Assembly: GCA_036172245.1 (NCBI GenBank)
Contig: JAYWIR010000012.1
Coordinates: 434,001-498,000 of the forward strand
Reading direction: 5' to 3'
DNA length: 64,000 nt
From: Raillietiella orientalis
Taxonomy: Eukaryota
The notes beneath the pieces are model-generated. The model did no database searches and was not told where the DNA came from. It worked only from the letters and a program-made list of their open reading frames with translations. How positions within the stretch are numbered: the stretch's first letter is position 1; each line of letters opens with the position of its first letter. This document shows positions 1 to 13,700 of this stretch, one piece after another. A program made the translations under genes and the position numbers.

Positions 1-2649
1 GCCTGGTTCCAGTCTTTCGCGCACCCGTGCGGAACGGACCCGCGGGCGAGCCGGTTCGCGGCTTCCCGCACGAGGTCACGTGCTTGTGGAATGGTCACGT
101 CTCCTCGCGTGTTTGCCGATTCTCCGGGATCGTGAGAAAAGGAAGAAAAAAAAAGACCTCAGGTTGTTTATCGACGGATAGCGGCGACCGCGGCAGCGTT
201 CCAGTTCCGCGAGCCACCGACTGCCGCCGCCACTGCCCGCAGAGGCGTGGGGAAGAATCGAAGGCGTCACGCCCGGGATTTTCTCGGCTCCTCCAGTGAG
301 ATTCCGGTCCAAGGAGCACCTCCTGCCGCTACTGGCGTAGGATCTCTCTTTATCTTCCGGTCCGGGAAAAATTACGTTGGCTGCGGAGGTGGAGGGACGT
401 GCGCGCGCGCGGTACGGGGTCCAGAGTTGCCGAGATGCTCGAGGTCCAGTCCTAAGCATCGAGGCCGCGTTCCTTCGGCGCTGGCGACGACGGTCCGCAG
501 CGAAGATCCCGCGCCTGCGGACTCCCGAGGCGGCCGACCGTCGCCGCCGGCTCTGCTCCTGCGCTCGACGCCACCGATCCCTCCCTCCTGAGGCGGGCAG
601 CTCGCAGAAGCTCCATTGCTGGTCCGGAGGGCCGCCGAACTCCCCAGAAGGAAAACGCGGAGGAGAAACGCGTCTCCAGACGGCTCCACGGCGTGTCCCG
701 AACGCATCCTTCCTAGCCTCCCCCCCAGAGTTCCCATTACAGTTGAGATTCGGCTCCTCTCCTCCCAGATTTCTTTCGCTCACTCTGTCCGACCCGGCAG
801 CGCGTGCCTCCGCCAAACGACGACCCCCTGTGTGTCACACGCGGTAGCGAACTCGCGTCCGCCGCTATGTTCTCGGGAAAGCTTGAGGAGCGCGCGGCGC
901 CTCTCCCGGGATGGAAATGACTACTCGTCCCGAACTACTCCCTGCCTTTTGCGTTTCGCTGCAGGAAGGGGAGTGGCCAGCGCTCCTGACTCCCGCCCTC
1001 GCGGAGGTCTTCCATTTGAATCCTGAGAGGAGACTTCACGTGTGAAGCCTCCAGGACTGCAGGGTGTCCGGCCACGAGTCTCCATGAAAGTCACTGGAAT
1101 GGACACTTGGAATGATTCGCTCGCAAAGAGCTCCCTCCGCATTCTCATCCTTTCTTATTTCTTTAACGAAGGGAAGAGGGGATTTGCCCACCGGCCCAGA
1201 CGGCATCAACACGTCGGCCGAAAACGCAATCCAAAGACTCGACAAGTTGGCGCAGTCACATCTCTTGGCTTGGGGTTTCGTGTGCAGAGTTTCCTTTAAG
1301 TACTTTGAGAAACGGTGATACACATTGCGCCTGCTTGCATCCCTCTTTGGATAGCGGAGGAGACACCAGCTGAGGCGCTTCATAGTGCCCGCTAGCGTTC
1401 TTTCTTGGGCTGCAGCTCCACTCCTCCGCTTCGCGCAAATTCGCCATCGGACGGGCGGTGGGCGGAGATAGGCGTTTTGTTGGCGTCCGCCCGTCTCTTC
1501 CGAGTTCCCCACGGCAGACTCTCGGCTGCCGGAAGCAGCACCTTCCAGGGAAAGAACGGTGGGGGATGCAACCATCCGGGTTCGCGCGAGACTGGGCGAC
1601 GGCGGAGGCAGAGAACGCAGCCATCCCACGCGCGCCGGCGGGACGAGCCGAGCTGCGCACTCAAGCGCACCCGCGTATGCCGCGCGTTCCTGTCGAGATG
1701 CAATTATGAGCCCGCAGCGCCCGGTTCCTGCCCGAGGACCGGCAGGTGCGCTGGCGGCGGCGAGCGCCTGCTCACTCCATTCTTCTTACGGCGCGGTGTG
1801 AAGTTTATGGTCACTAAACGGCTGGGCGTTAATGAGATACTCTTTTACGACAAGAGGAGGCGGCGGCGCGGCTCCATTGCGTCGGCGACCTCTCTCGGCC
1901 CGCGAAGGAGGCGCACGCGGTGCTCCCGGGCCGAGCGCTGCCGAGTCCGGCAGTTCCGCCCTCCTCTGCGGGCATCTCAGAAGCAGGGAAAGGGCCTCAA
2001 GGCCGATCCCTCCCCCCGTCTTCCGCTCGCGAACCACTCCTTCGGGAACGCTCCGCAGCATCCCACAGTGCAGGCGCTGCTCTGACCACCTCTTCCTCGA
2101 GAACCACGCACCCCGATGGTACTCCAATGTGGTACAGGCGAGGAACTCCTCAGGAGTCTTGCTCCCTGGCATCTCCACGTCGTCCCTTGCCGGAGTCCCC
2201 GGTAGAGCGGGGCAGAAGGTGTCAGATGTTCAGAGGTCACGAGCATCTGTCGCTCGCCTTCCTCCCATCTTCCCCCCCTCCCCTCCCTGCAATTTGGAGG
2301 GCTTGCTTCTTGCGCACACCTTCCCCTCTTTGAGCTTTCGAATCCTGGAAGCTGGAGAGAAAGAGGGGTCAGTGCTTGGGGACGCTCGTACTCCCGTTTT
2401 CGTTTCGCTTCCATGGAGACACAGGCTCGGAAATCTCTTTCGATGGCGGGAAAAACGAGGTAGAAATTTTCTCGTTTCTATTCAGATCACGTGATCCCCT
2501 GTCTGCGCACAAACAAATCCGCGATTTTCCCAGTGCTCTGCTGGTAGCTCCCTCTGCTATAGATGGCGACGAGCGCCACCAGGGTCTTTGCTTTCCTCTT
2601 CTCGGCACCGCCACCTCCGCACATTCTCAGCTGTCTCGGAAGTGCGTAC

Positions 2650-3381
2650 GAATTTCCCTCTTCCTCCTCGTCCTCCACCTCTCTTCAACCCCTTTTTCTC
2701 TTCCTTTTCTACTCCATCTCCTCCTCCTCCTTGTCATATTTCCCCCCTCCTACACCCTTTCCCTTCTACCCCTTTTTCTTCTCGTTTCCTCTTCTTCCTC
2801 TTCCCTTCATCCTCGTGTCCTCCCCTTCCTTCTCTTTATTTCTTCTTTTCCTACTCCACCACCTCCTCCTCCCTGACACGTTCTCCCCCCCCCCCCTCGC
2901 CTCCTCTTCTTTTCCTCCGCCTCTTTCTCCCCTCCACTTCTTTCCCTCCTACTCCTTCTCCCCTTTTACTTCTTTCTTTCCTACTCCCTTTAATTTTTCC
3001 TCCCTCCTCATGCATCTTCCTCCTCTCTGCCACGTTTTTTTCCTCCTCCTCCTCCTGGCTCTTCTGTCCGCACGTTTCATCCCCGAGGCTTTTTGGTTCA
3101 TCTCCTGGTCGCTCTTCCACCGCGCGCTCTTCTTCTCGGCCTTCCTCCTCACCTTCCTCTCCCGGGAACCAGGTCTCCCTCCATCCAGCTGCCTCTGTTG
3201 CACTCTCTGGAGTCGGCAGCTCACTCTTGAGAGAGCCTGCTCAGCGATTTTCTTGCCCGATGCGTCCCGAGGTGTCCTTCCCCTGGGCTGCATCGCCTTC
3301 CTCCTCTTCTCCATCCATTTGTTTTTGTGTGGCCTTGCTGTTGTTGTTGTTGTTGCTGTTGCTGCTGTTGCTGCTGCTGTT
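2650..3381. repeat. Polypyrimidine low-complexity tract followed by a (GTT/GCT)n microsatellite
   Basis: Almost pure C/T at 2650-3060; GTT/GCT triplets at 3337-3381. Confidence 0.9.
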
Positions 3382-5261
3382 TTCCTCGCGGCCTTCTTCT
3401 CCCGCTTCAGGGAGAGCCTCTTTTGCATTCGTTCTTCGAATTCCTGAGCGGAGAAAAGAAAAAAAGAGAGAAGAGAAAGAGGCGTTCATGGCAACGTGGA
3501 GGTGTATGCGATCCCACACAAACAAAGCCGATGGACCGTTCTTGGGGCTCGCGTTGGACGCGTCCTGCTCTCTGAGGCTGACCCTCCGATCTGGCTCCTC
3601 CTTTCTGGCCGCTTTTCCTAAGGGAATAGAACTCTCTCGACCCCTCCCCTCCTTCCTATCCCCGCAGCACGGTGGCGTTTCCCGTGCTCGCTCCAGGAAG
3701 GGCGCGCTTCTCAGTCGATGCCGAAGGAGCACCTCCAAAGAGCAGCCTGGCCGCAGCACTGAGGCGGGAAGACTTCCAGATGCATCGGGTCACTGGCGAG
3801 CAGTTCCCGGTCTGCTACCTCCCGGGGAGACCGAGAGGCGCGAAAGAGTACTCGGGAGGGAAGAGCCAAGTTTGCCATCGGCGAGGCGATCCGCCACCGA
3901 GACCGCCAGGCGCATCTGGTCCAGAGGCGGCGCTCTGCGAGCGGGGTGGGCGGGCGCTGAGCGCCATCTTCGAGACGCAGTGCGTACGAACAGGAGCGTC
4001 CGGGGACGCGCAACCCGCCTGCGGGCGCCTTCCGAGGTCAGCAGCGCCTCCAACCGGCCGAAGATGTCCGACCCGCCCTGAAGCGGTGATCTCTCGCCCG
4101 GCTGCGAGCGAGGGGAAACCTCCCGAGGAAGACGGCCAGGTGACCGCAGTGCCGTCGACTTCGGCCACATCCCCTTCCCTGTGGCCAGCGCCAATCCTAT
4201 CACAGCGCCGCCCAGGAGCTGCACGGAACACGCCGGGGAGGCTGAAGAGCGCAGGCGCCGTCCTTCCGACGGAATCCTGCTGGCAACGAACCCACGGGAG
4301 CGTCCCGCCCTCCCCTCCTGAAGGAACGGAAACACGGAAGCGAGTTCTCCAGTTTCTCGTCTCCTCGAATCCGAGGTTCTTATTTCGCTCCTGCTTCTCG
4401 TTCCCATGGTGCCGCCACGTCCGCGCCACCATGGGAACCCCGGTCTTTGCTTTCACTCTGCGGGCTGCTTTGCCGCTGCGAGGAGAGGAGGAATCTCTGC
4501 TCATTTCCCTTTGGCGGCAGTCTCCGGTAGAGGGCGAGTGGGGTGACCTTTGCGCCCCTCGGCAAAAACCACTTGCCAACTACAGGAGCCCCGCACCCTT
4601 CTTGCTGCACGCCAGCGGGCCGAGGAGTCTGACGAAAGGGCGGGCGACGACGCTCGGATTCCTACCCGCAGCGGAAGGAAGAACTCCCTGCAGACCCACA
4701 AAGCACCCGTTGCCCGCAAAAGTAAGGCGGCAACGTCACACGGTGGGGATGCGCAAGCATCGGTTTCGCGTTCCCTCCTGTACGCAGCTCCACCCTTCCG
4801 TCCCCTAACCTAACCCAACTCCAGCATCTCTCCTCCAGAAGGCCAGTCTGACCTGACACAGTCTTGGCCGAATGTCCGAAACGGCACTCCAAAGCTCGCG
4901 GTCTCAGCGACGGGAGGGACTCATCCCTTGAGTGCAGGCTCAGTGAAGCCTCCGGGAACGCGCCTCCTGCCTGCTGCAAGTCTTGTTCCCTTAGGCGTGT
5001 TTGCAGCCCGCTTCCCAAGGAACACTCCGCGAGCGGCAGCGCTTCACCCGCCATTGCGTCGCGCGCGTTGGAGGAACTGTCGGTCCGCCGTAGCTCCAAG
5101 AAGGTGGACGCGATCCTTTCGACTGTCCTCCACCCACCCCCCTCCACGATGTCTCGCTGTCCCTTTCCTTCGAAACTCTCAGAAGGAAGGGGGGGGGGAC
5201 AAGATCTGATGTTCCTCTCATTCTGATTCGATTCCCCAGGGTGGTGACTGTCGAAGAGAAG

Positions 5262-5640
5262 ATGGCCAGCCATTACACCGAAGAAACGTTCCCCGCCACC
5301 GCATTGCTAGCTGACTCTCAAGAAAGGAGCTTCGACTCGTACGGGGAGTTTTGCCACGAGTTGGTATACTCAGTGACCCGCCTGAACGGGTTCGTGAACC
5401 AAGTCGCCCCACCCGAGAGCGGTGGTCCCGCCGCTGCTGCCGCAGACCCCAACGATTACTGGATCCTGAAATCGGCGAGCCTGGGCGTGCCAGAAGCCAT
5501 TCTGTCCGAGAAGACACGGAACAAAGAGCAGCGGATTCGAAGACCCATGAACGCGTTCATGGTCTGGGCAAAAGTGGAACGTAAAAAGCTGGCCGATCAA
5601 AATCCAGACCTGCATAACGCTGATTTAAGCAAGATGTTAG
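5262..5640 (+). CDS. SoxF: SoxF-group HMG-box transcription factor, first coding exon (N-terminus and first half of HMG box)
   Basis: ATG at 5262 opens a frame reading ...[40 protein letters not shown]. It ends TTA G|gtaag at 5640/5641 (phase 1), the HMG-box intron position typical of SoxF genes. A pyrimidine-rich acceptor (ttccccag, ends 5239) precedes it, so an upstream exon probably exists. Confidence 0.95.
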
Positions 5641-8600
5641 GTAAGAAGTTCACTTCCTTGGACTCCAGGAGGGGATTTATTCTTTCTGCCTGCAGAGGAC
5701 ATGACGTGAGGCGATTTCGCATTCCGCTTGGCGAACGATTTATGCCGCGAGTATTGTGTTTCGCTGGAGAAAAACTAACATTTGAAACGAGATAATCATC
5801 ATTGAATCGTAGCGTGGCGCGAAAGGTTTCGAATTAATGAGGCGTCGACGTTCGTCAGCGTTCGCTCTACCTCGCAGGAGTTGCATGGAGGCAGCAGCCA
5901 CGCGCTTCGAAACGCAAGGAAGCGAACGACTTTGGTTTTTGTGTGTATTTTTTTTTCTTTTTTAGAAGAAAAAAGAAAAGAAAAAGGAAGCGGGAGAATT
6001 TGGTTTTTGTTTTTCTCTTTTTTAAAAAAAAAAAAACAAAAAACAAATTTCGCTTCCTTCGGGCTGGAAGCACGTGGCAGCCGTGCAATGGTTGCGAAAA
6101 AAAAAAAGAGGGAAAAAAGCGGTTATTCCGTCATGTGTCGAAGCTCGCGAGGCATTACGTTCTCGTGAGCTTCCCTTAAAAAGATGAAAAAACTATAAGC
6201 TGGCCTCCGTAAAGTCCTAATTTGCGTTTTCCTTTCCTTTTAATTGCAAAAACGGGAAGAAGGAAAGAACAAGAGGAAGAAGGAGAGAGAGAGGAAAAAA
6301 AAAATATGTGCATGACTTGTTTCTCAGTTGCAATTTCTGAACGATGTGTTCCCATTCATTTCCTTTGTTGCTTTCCGCCCATTGAAATATTCAATTACCG
6401 TTAATGGTGTATCTATCAAGTGGCGAATTTAGGTGGTCTTTTAAAATTGCGGGGCATCTTTTTGAAGAAAGATTCCGGATTTGCATCGGGTTGGCTCATT
6501 CGAATTCACAGCGCAGTGTGCGCGCGCGTTAATAAACCCGCGTGATCTTCGGTTCTGCGCAATCCTCTTCTTTCCCTTGGAGATTCCTCCGTCGCCTGGA
6601 GACGCCGAGCAGCATGCGCACCACCTGGGTCCTGGCCGGCATGTCGATCCCTCTGAGAACCCGTCCTGTAGATGGAAGCCGCTGCTTTCCCCCCTTTATC
6701 AACCCTCTTTTTTTTTTTTTATTCCTTAAAAAAAAAAAAAAAAAACAGGTAAATAATTAGACGACTGGCACGATTACTTTGTGCGACTTCCGTTCGCGAA
6801 CTGGGATGTTCCCGGGGAGACGCGTGAAGGGACTGAAGTTTCTTTTCAAAGACTGCAGTCTTTCCGAAACACGAGAGGATAAAATAAAACAAAATAAATA
6901 AACGATGAGGGGGAGCAGATGCTCCAACAGCCGCGTTCCCGCCCAGCTTCCCTGCCTTCGAGCACGCCTTCCGAAGGGACAGATGGATCCTGGAGAGTCC
7001 GAGCGCCCTGGAGAGGTGCCTGTGACCCCCCTTGGTTCATCGCGGTGCAGGCATCGTGTGGATCCCACGTGTCGAGGTCGCTCTGGGAACGGCGAAAAGC
7101 GGCCGCGCACCGAAATCTGCAGCCGGAGTGCCGCTCGGACCCATCTCGGGAATTCGTCTCGATTCTCCCTGAGACTGAGCCGCTCTCTCTCCCCCCACCC
7201 TCTTAACCGAGGGAGCTCCCCACGAGGCTCGTGCCCTCCGCCCCCGTTGCGGTGGCTGGCTGGCGGAGGCGAACGCCCACCGAACCTCTTGAGGGCAGGA
7301 GGAACAAAAGCGCGTCGCGGAAAAGGAGGCTTGTGTGGTGCCCTATCCGGAGCCTCCGAACGGCTCCCGGCTGGCTCTGAAGGGCCCCTTGGACTGCCGC
7401 ACAGCTTCTCGTACCAGTCTGCCACCAACGGATCTGCCAGAGGAGGAACGCTCGCCAATCTGCTCTCAGGTTGCTGTTACAACAACAAATTTCAGTCTGA
7501 TATCTTTCACTCTGCTTCCCAAATGGCTACCCTGCACCTGTCGGAACGTTCTCTATAATGTGGTTATCCTGCATCTGTCGCGATACCTTCAATAATCTGG
7601 CTACCCTGAGTCGGTAGAGATGCCTGGAGACTGAGCCTCCTCTTTTACAACGCATCTGTGAATTTCCTCAAAGAGTATGGCGTTCGTCGCCCCGCGTTTC
7701 CTCTGTCAATGGCCACAGGCTGCTTGTGCAGAAAGGGGCACAGCAAAGCGAGACACCCAAAAGTGCTTCTCCCTTCATCCGCCACTGGCAGTCCCACGCG
7801 CGATTCCAGAAAGTTGCCTCCCGGCTTTCCTGACTTTCATTCTGCACCAGGGTGGACTTTCTGCTGGAGGTGACCCACTGCACCGGATGCTGGCATTCTT
7901 TCTCGGCGCGGCTCATCTTCTTTCGCAGATTCCCTTCCGCACAAAGAGGGAGAGGCTCCGCTGCGAGTGAGAGGGGGTGGCCGCCCCGACAATGAAATCT
8001 CTCGCGCGTCTTCCATCGGATGGTCGTGCGCCGGTCCAAAGACCGCCACCTGAAAAAGGCAGCTGCATCGCGTGGAAGCTGCATCGCGGGACGTGGAGAC
8101 GGCGCTCAACTCCCCCCTCAGCTGCATTCACCCGTGCGAGCGTTCAGCGCGACCTCACACCGGGCGTTCACGTCGGCGTGCTGGTGGCCGGTGGCCGCGC
8201 CACCAGTCTCCCACACAGTACTCTCCGCAGCGCGCTCTGCTGGAGTCTTTGCCTTTGTCAAGGGACGCCGAGCTGCATCCCTGCATGGCTGCGCGAGAAT
8301 GCCGGAGGGTGTCGTAGCCGCTCTTCATGGAGGTCAGGAGGCAGCGGTACCAGGCAGTGCGTCATGTGGGGCAGGTGGTGGCAGCGGCTCGAAGACATCC
8401 GAGTTCTTCCGGCGAGGGGTGAGGTGCTCCGGGGCCCGTCGATCCACTGCTTTCCAGCAGAGGATCCGAACCCAGAGGCAGGTCAGAAGGCCTCCTAATT
8501 CCTGTAGGAATTATCGCTCTCGTCTTCTTGCTATACCACGCCTTCACCGCAGGGAGCACCACTTTGGTGGCAGCCCCGCCAAAGTCCTGCACGTACACCA

Positions 8601-8985
8601 ATGTCTGGTGTATCGAAGTCTGCTACACTAAGCACCGGTACATCAACGTCCGATGCACCATAGTTCGTTAGCGTCGAGGCCTCAGCTCCAAGCTCTGAAT
8701 GTCTAGCGGACTGCGGTGTCACGAAAAATGCGTCTGAGTATCCTCTGTACCATGGCAAGGAGAAAGTAGGGAAATCCTCTCTCGGCGAGCAGTTTGTCCA
8801 CAGATTTAGTCGCTTTCTGGGTTTCCCTGGACAATGGCAACGGTGGTGTTCAACTTCAGCAGACCCACGGGTTTCGATGAGGCAAACAAACCAAAATAAG
8901 GCGAACGTATTTTTCCTCGCAAAGGGGAAAAAAAAAGTGGCTCCTGCGCATCTTCTAGTGTGGTTTTTATATACATACATATATA

Positions 8986-10060
8986 TTCGCATCTTCCAAA
9001 AGAACGCGGGGTGCAAAAGCGACCGCGAGAAGCTCCTCTCGTCTTCAGGCAGGAAGAGGGACTGACAACTCTCCCAAAGAAGTCAAATGACCACGAGGTG
9101 CGGTGATAAAATTTCTTGTTCTGATACAGAGTGGAGGAGCCGAGATTCGAGTGGTGGCAACACGCTGACCGCAGTCGTGGGTGCCCTGAGCCACACACAC
9201 GTTTGCCTCCTTTCCACCTTTGGAATTTTCTCTCGGAAAATCGTGTTTGAAAAAGCAGCTCCATCTGCAAGGCTCTGAGAGGGAAACAAAGAGCTCTGGA
9301 GCTCTTTTTCTCACTGCGGTGTTTTCCAAACGTATCTTCTCTCTTAAAGTATTTTCCTTCCGACAATTTCCGCCTCCTACATTCTCATTTCACGGTTCCC
9401 GTTTTATGGCTTTGCATTTGTACACTCCCGCGTGTTTACCGACGCCAGCAGTCGCAGCCTCGCTCTCTCCCCATCTCGATTTCTCTCAGCTCTTCTGCAT
9501 CCACGCCGGCGTTCTCCGTTCTCATTGTTTCGCAAGGTCTTTCTCTCTCGGCAGAGCCAGCGTTCTCCCCGCTCCCCCATAGCGGTCGGGATGGGAAGGG
9601 AATGGAGGGGGGGGGGAGAACAAGGAGGATCGTGCATAAACCCCCGTTCCGGCACCGCCGAGGTTTTTCTCGAATCTTCCCGTGGGAGCTCCCCACGGGC
9701 TGCGCCTCTCGCGCGTCCCGTTTCGTTTTCCATCCGACGCCGGAAACAGACGCGGCATTCCTCGCGGCACTCTTAAGGCTGCTTGGCGGCGCCCTCCGCT
9801 CGGGACGTTCTAGGTGAAGGAGCTCGAAAATCCCACGGACAAGATGCGCGGGGTATTTGAGCGGCTGGGTCCCCCGGTCAGCGTGTCGCCACCACTCGCC
9901 TCTCGACCTTCGACCCCGGATCAGAACAAGAAATTTTATCACCGCACCTCGTGGTCATTTGACTTCTTTGGGAGAGTTGTCAGTCCCTCCTCCTGCCTGA
10001 AGACGAGAGGAGCTTCTCGCGGTCGCTTTTGCACCCCGCGTTCTTTTGGGAAGATGCGAA
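8986..10060. repeat. Near-perfect ~140-bp inverted repeat (arms 8986-9125 and 9920-10060, spacer ~795 bp)
   Basis: Direct comparison shows one substitution and one 1-nt indel between the arms; the peptide QNKKFYHRTSWSFDFFGRVVSPSSCLKTRGASRGRFCTPRSFG appears on both strands of the ORF track. Confidence 0.95.
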
Positions 10061-10497
10061 AATTTCGCAGCTTTCCAAAGAAATGCCTCCCAGAGTGCGG
10101 GAAACTGTCCTCCCCCCCCCCGTGTGTTTCCCACAAACTCCCCGCGGCTCACCACCTCGAAGTGTTTCTCTCCCCTCCCCTCCCCCCCTTCTCCCTTTGC
10201 TTCTTGTGGTTGCCCAGCAACTGCCGTTCCACTCGGCGCGTAAAAAGACCAGCTTGACTGGGTTTTCTATTTCTTACATCTTTTCTGGAATTCTTTAATG
10301 GAAGGAGGGACTTCCGGATTCCGCCTCTCTGTTTCATCATTTCGGGAGTACGAGAAGTCGAGACGGAAAGGGCGAGATCCTTCGCAGCTTCCACCGTCTT
10401 TTTCCGATCCGTCTCCTGTTTCAGTAGTCGTGGGCGGGGCATGCCTCCCAAGGATGGCGAAGATCCCACATTAAGATGGCAGCGCTGTTTGACGAGT

Positions 10498-10575
10498 GTC
10501 GCTGTCGTGCATTCGAACCCTCAACCTTCGTCTCAGCACCGGGGAGGGTTCTCGCCACTGGGCCAAGCATACGTG
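10498..10575 (-). mobile_element. tRNA-derived SINE-like head
   Basis: Minus strand has A-box TGGCCCAGTGG (10565-10555) and B-box-like GGTTCGAATGC (10519-10509) at tRNA-like spacing. A partial duplicate lies at ~10702-10748 and a related B-box at ~42293-42303. Confidence 0.55.
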
Positions 10576-10769
10576 TGCCCAGCCTTGTCATTTAGAGGGC
10601 TCTCGCCTCTGGACCAAGCGTGCGTGTGTCCATACCTGTCGTTGAGAAAGCCTAAAGGCACTGTTGGGTGCGAAGTGGCTTTGCCGTTGAAGCGGACGGT
10701 TCGTCATCGCCGGGATTTGAACCCGCAGCCTTCCTCTCTCAGCACCCCCTCGGAACTGCGCTTGTTCTC

Positions 10770-13700
10770 TTGAGTTTTCGGCGTGGCGCCGGTCTAAAGC
10801 TAGGGATGGTGGTCTCCTGCTCTTGGCAGTCCGTCGGCTGAAGAGCGTTTGTGCCCGATGCTTCCGTTTCAAAGACTCGCGATCGCCTCACGGAGATGCG
10901 AGAGCATCCCGTCACCCGTGGTGAAAACGCTCGTTGGTGACACGGTCGTCGCAGCCGTTCCAGCCCGCACGCTTTCTGCAGGCGTCGGGAAGGGGCTTTT
11001 CCCACCGTTGCTCCAAGCGTGCCATCCGTCATGCCGGTGTAAAGTCTGCCTTCTCCTCTGGAGACCCGACTAGGTAGGCACGAGCTCGGTCCCTCGGAGA
11101 GCGTCTCACCCGTCAAGCGAATGTCCCTGCTGCGTTAGACTATCGTTCTGCTGCTGGAGCGAGCTCGTCCTTTTCTAGGACACCTGGGCATCGGTTTCCC
11201 CTTTTCACAGGAAGGGCTCCCGCCTCGTCTTTCCCTTGGGGTCCTGAAACTCTTTCTCTGTTCTTTCCTTCGTGTGAGGAAGAAACCCGCGGGAATCAAA
11301 GGGTGTGTTGTCGATCCAGGAAACTCCTCTCTGAGAGAACAGCGAATCTTAGACGCTTGATGGACCATGAGTGGGAAAGGGAGGAATCGTTCTAAGGGAC
11401 CAGCGACGTACGTGGCTGGATCTGCTTCTGTGTAGCTGTTCAACAGCCTCTGGGGCCTGCATCTGTTGATGGAACAGCTCCTCCCTTCGGCTGGAGCCAT
11501 GCAGGCGAAGGCAGAGGATGTTGGATGTCTTCTGCTCTTATTAACGAGGACCAGGTGGACAGATGAGGTCGCTGGCGTTACACAAGGGAACAGAAATGCC
11601 CTCGAGTTCCTAAGGAGAACCGAGCGCGAAAATTTGATGCTCCCTCCTTAAAGATCTCAGATTGCAGAGGCAGAGATCCCTTCCTCCTCTGTAACCAAGG
11701 AAAGCCAACTAAATCCTGTATAGGGAGTCGGTCCCGATTTATTTATTTATTTGGATAATTTCCCATTCGCGAGCAGTGACCGAAGGTCCTTGGAGTCCAA
11801 AATCTCGCTGACCAACCTCAGGAGGGTCCGGTCCATGTTCTCTTGCTGGTTTCCGAACGTTGGGAGCGCTGCCTTCTCTTTCGGACGACGTCTTTCTCCC
11901 GGTGCAAACCTCTGGCCAGTTCTCGACAGTGCTGAGCATACACCGCGAGGAACGTTCCTTACGGTGGATGTCAGTCCCGCCTGGAGCATCCGAATCGCTG
12001 CGTTTTTGCTGATGGCTTTCGTGTTTATTCCGCAGGGCCTTCTAGCCCTTGGATACCATTATCTCTTCGAGCTCGCCGTTTCTGGAACCAATTGCGTGGT
12101 CATGCTGGCTTAGCGCTCTTGGTGTCACCCCCACATTCCACGCAGAGACCACTTGCCCGCGTGTTCCGCGTCTCCGAGCAGCAGCTGAGCGCGGATGTGG
12201 CCTCAAAGCGTGCAGCCGTGCGAGCGAGAATCTTCTTTCCCTCTCACGTGCCCGGAGATCCGTCGGATTGCGCAGAAGGCGCGCGCGCATCCCGCCTTGG
12301 GCTCTCCTGGCTATTTAGATTGTCTATGGCCCGGGGAATTTATCTCCGTCTACGGGAGGACAAGCGTGGTGCCTTGTCTCGTGGAGACTGCGCTTGTACA
12401 TTGCAAGGGCTTTGTTTTGCTCCAGCGGAGACTGCGGACGGGATGGTTTTTTTTTGCTGAGATATGAGGTTTCGGTATTTACATATGTAGGTTCGGATTT
12501 GCGAAACACAGTTGTGTAAGGAAGCGAGGTCGTATCCAGACCGAATTCTGTGGCACCTCGCACCCATCCGGCACCCACCAAAGCCGTTTTTTTTGCAGGA
12601 TGGGGGGGGGGGAAGGGTGTTTTTTTCCTTTTATTACTGAGAGGTACGGTGGTGTTTGCTTTGTGCCACTTTTTCGTTTCTGAATTTTCGCGTTTTATTT
12701 AATTTCCTCAGCTTCTAAGGAGTTTGAACTCCGGGACTTGAGGTTTCGAGATGAATTGCAACTGGGCGCGACTAGGCAAATTCCTACTGAGGGTCCTCGC
12801 GTGAGTCGACGACGTCCCTACGGAGGAGTTGTCGCTGGATGGGGTGTGCTGCATCAGCTAGGTGCCGCGCATCCTCCTCAAAATCCTCTCTGTCAAACCC
12901 ACTGGTAAAAGAACAAACCGAACAGCTGTGGAATTCCACCACTCTCTTAAAGCTTCAATGCTCGATAGGAATCAGCAAGCCTTTCGCCACCACCCTAAGT
13001 CTGCTCTTCTGCTCTTGCCCGAGTTGAGCTAGACGGAAGGAAGCACCAGCCCTCTTAGCAAGCCTAAAGGATCTCGGAGAAGAGGGCTGGCGCTTCCTTC
13101 CGTCTGGAGGTTGACCGCCGGTATCCGAACCCGTTAAACCTTTGCAGCACCGGGGAATTTTCGCCAGCTTGCCACCGCCGTTTCTGCCACTGCAGATGGC
13201 GGAGATTCCATCCGGCGCTTCCAACCACGCACCCCGGGAACGCTGCTCGCTCGAGCTCACCAGCTCTTCTTCGATGTGCTGCCTCCTGCTTTTTGGCGAT
13301 CTTCGATCTCTCGATTTCTTTCTGGACCCGTGCTTCGTTCCCTGCGCTCTCGTGAATGCAGACAGTCGGCTCGGGCGGCTCCAGAACCCTATCTCCCCCC
13401 ATCCCCCACCATCTTGAGGGATACGTGGACTCCGAATCTACAGTTGCTGCGGTGTGAATTCACGAGACCGGCGGGTGGAACAGCCTCCACAGAGATAGTT
13501 CTATCCAGGCTCCGTTGCGGTCTTTACTCTTTGTGCGGCGGTTTTCCGCCATAATCCAAATCCGCGATCTTCCCTTCGTTACTGGCCTTTTTTGTCTTCC
13601 TTTTTTCCTCTTGGCACTGCGCCAGATCTGCTTTGCCCGTTCGAATCCCGTCACTTCCGGGATTTCCCCCTTGTTCGCTTGAGTTTTGGCGTGGCTCTGG

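Noticed and set aside
2563..4081. Long ORFs of 294 and 497 aa
   Set aside because: Produced by the polypyrimidine tract, triplet repeats and high GC; no domain motifs.
10498..10575. Functional tRNA gene
   Set aside because: A and B boxes are present, but no convincing acceptor or anticodon stems; better explained as a SINE head.
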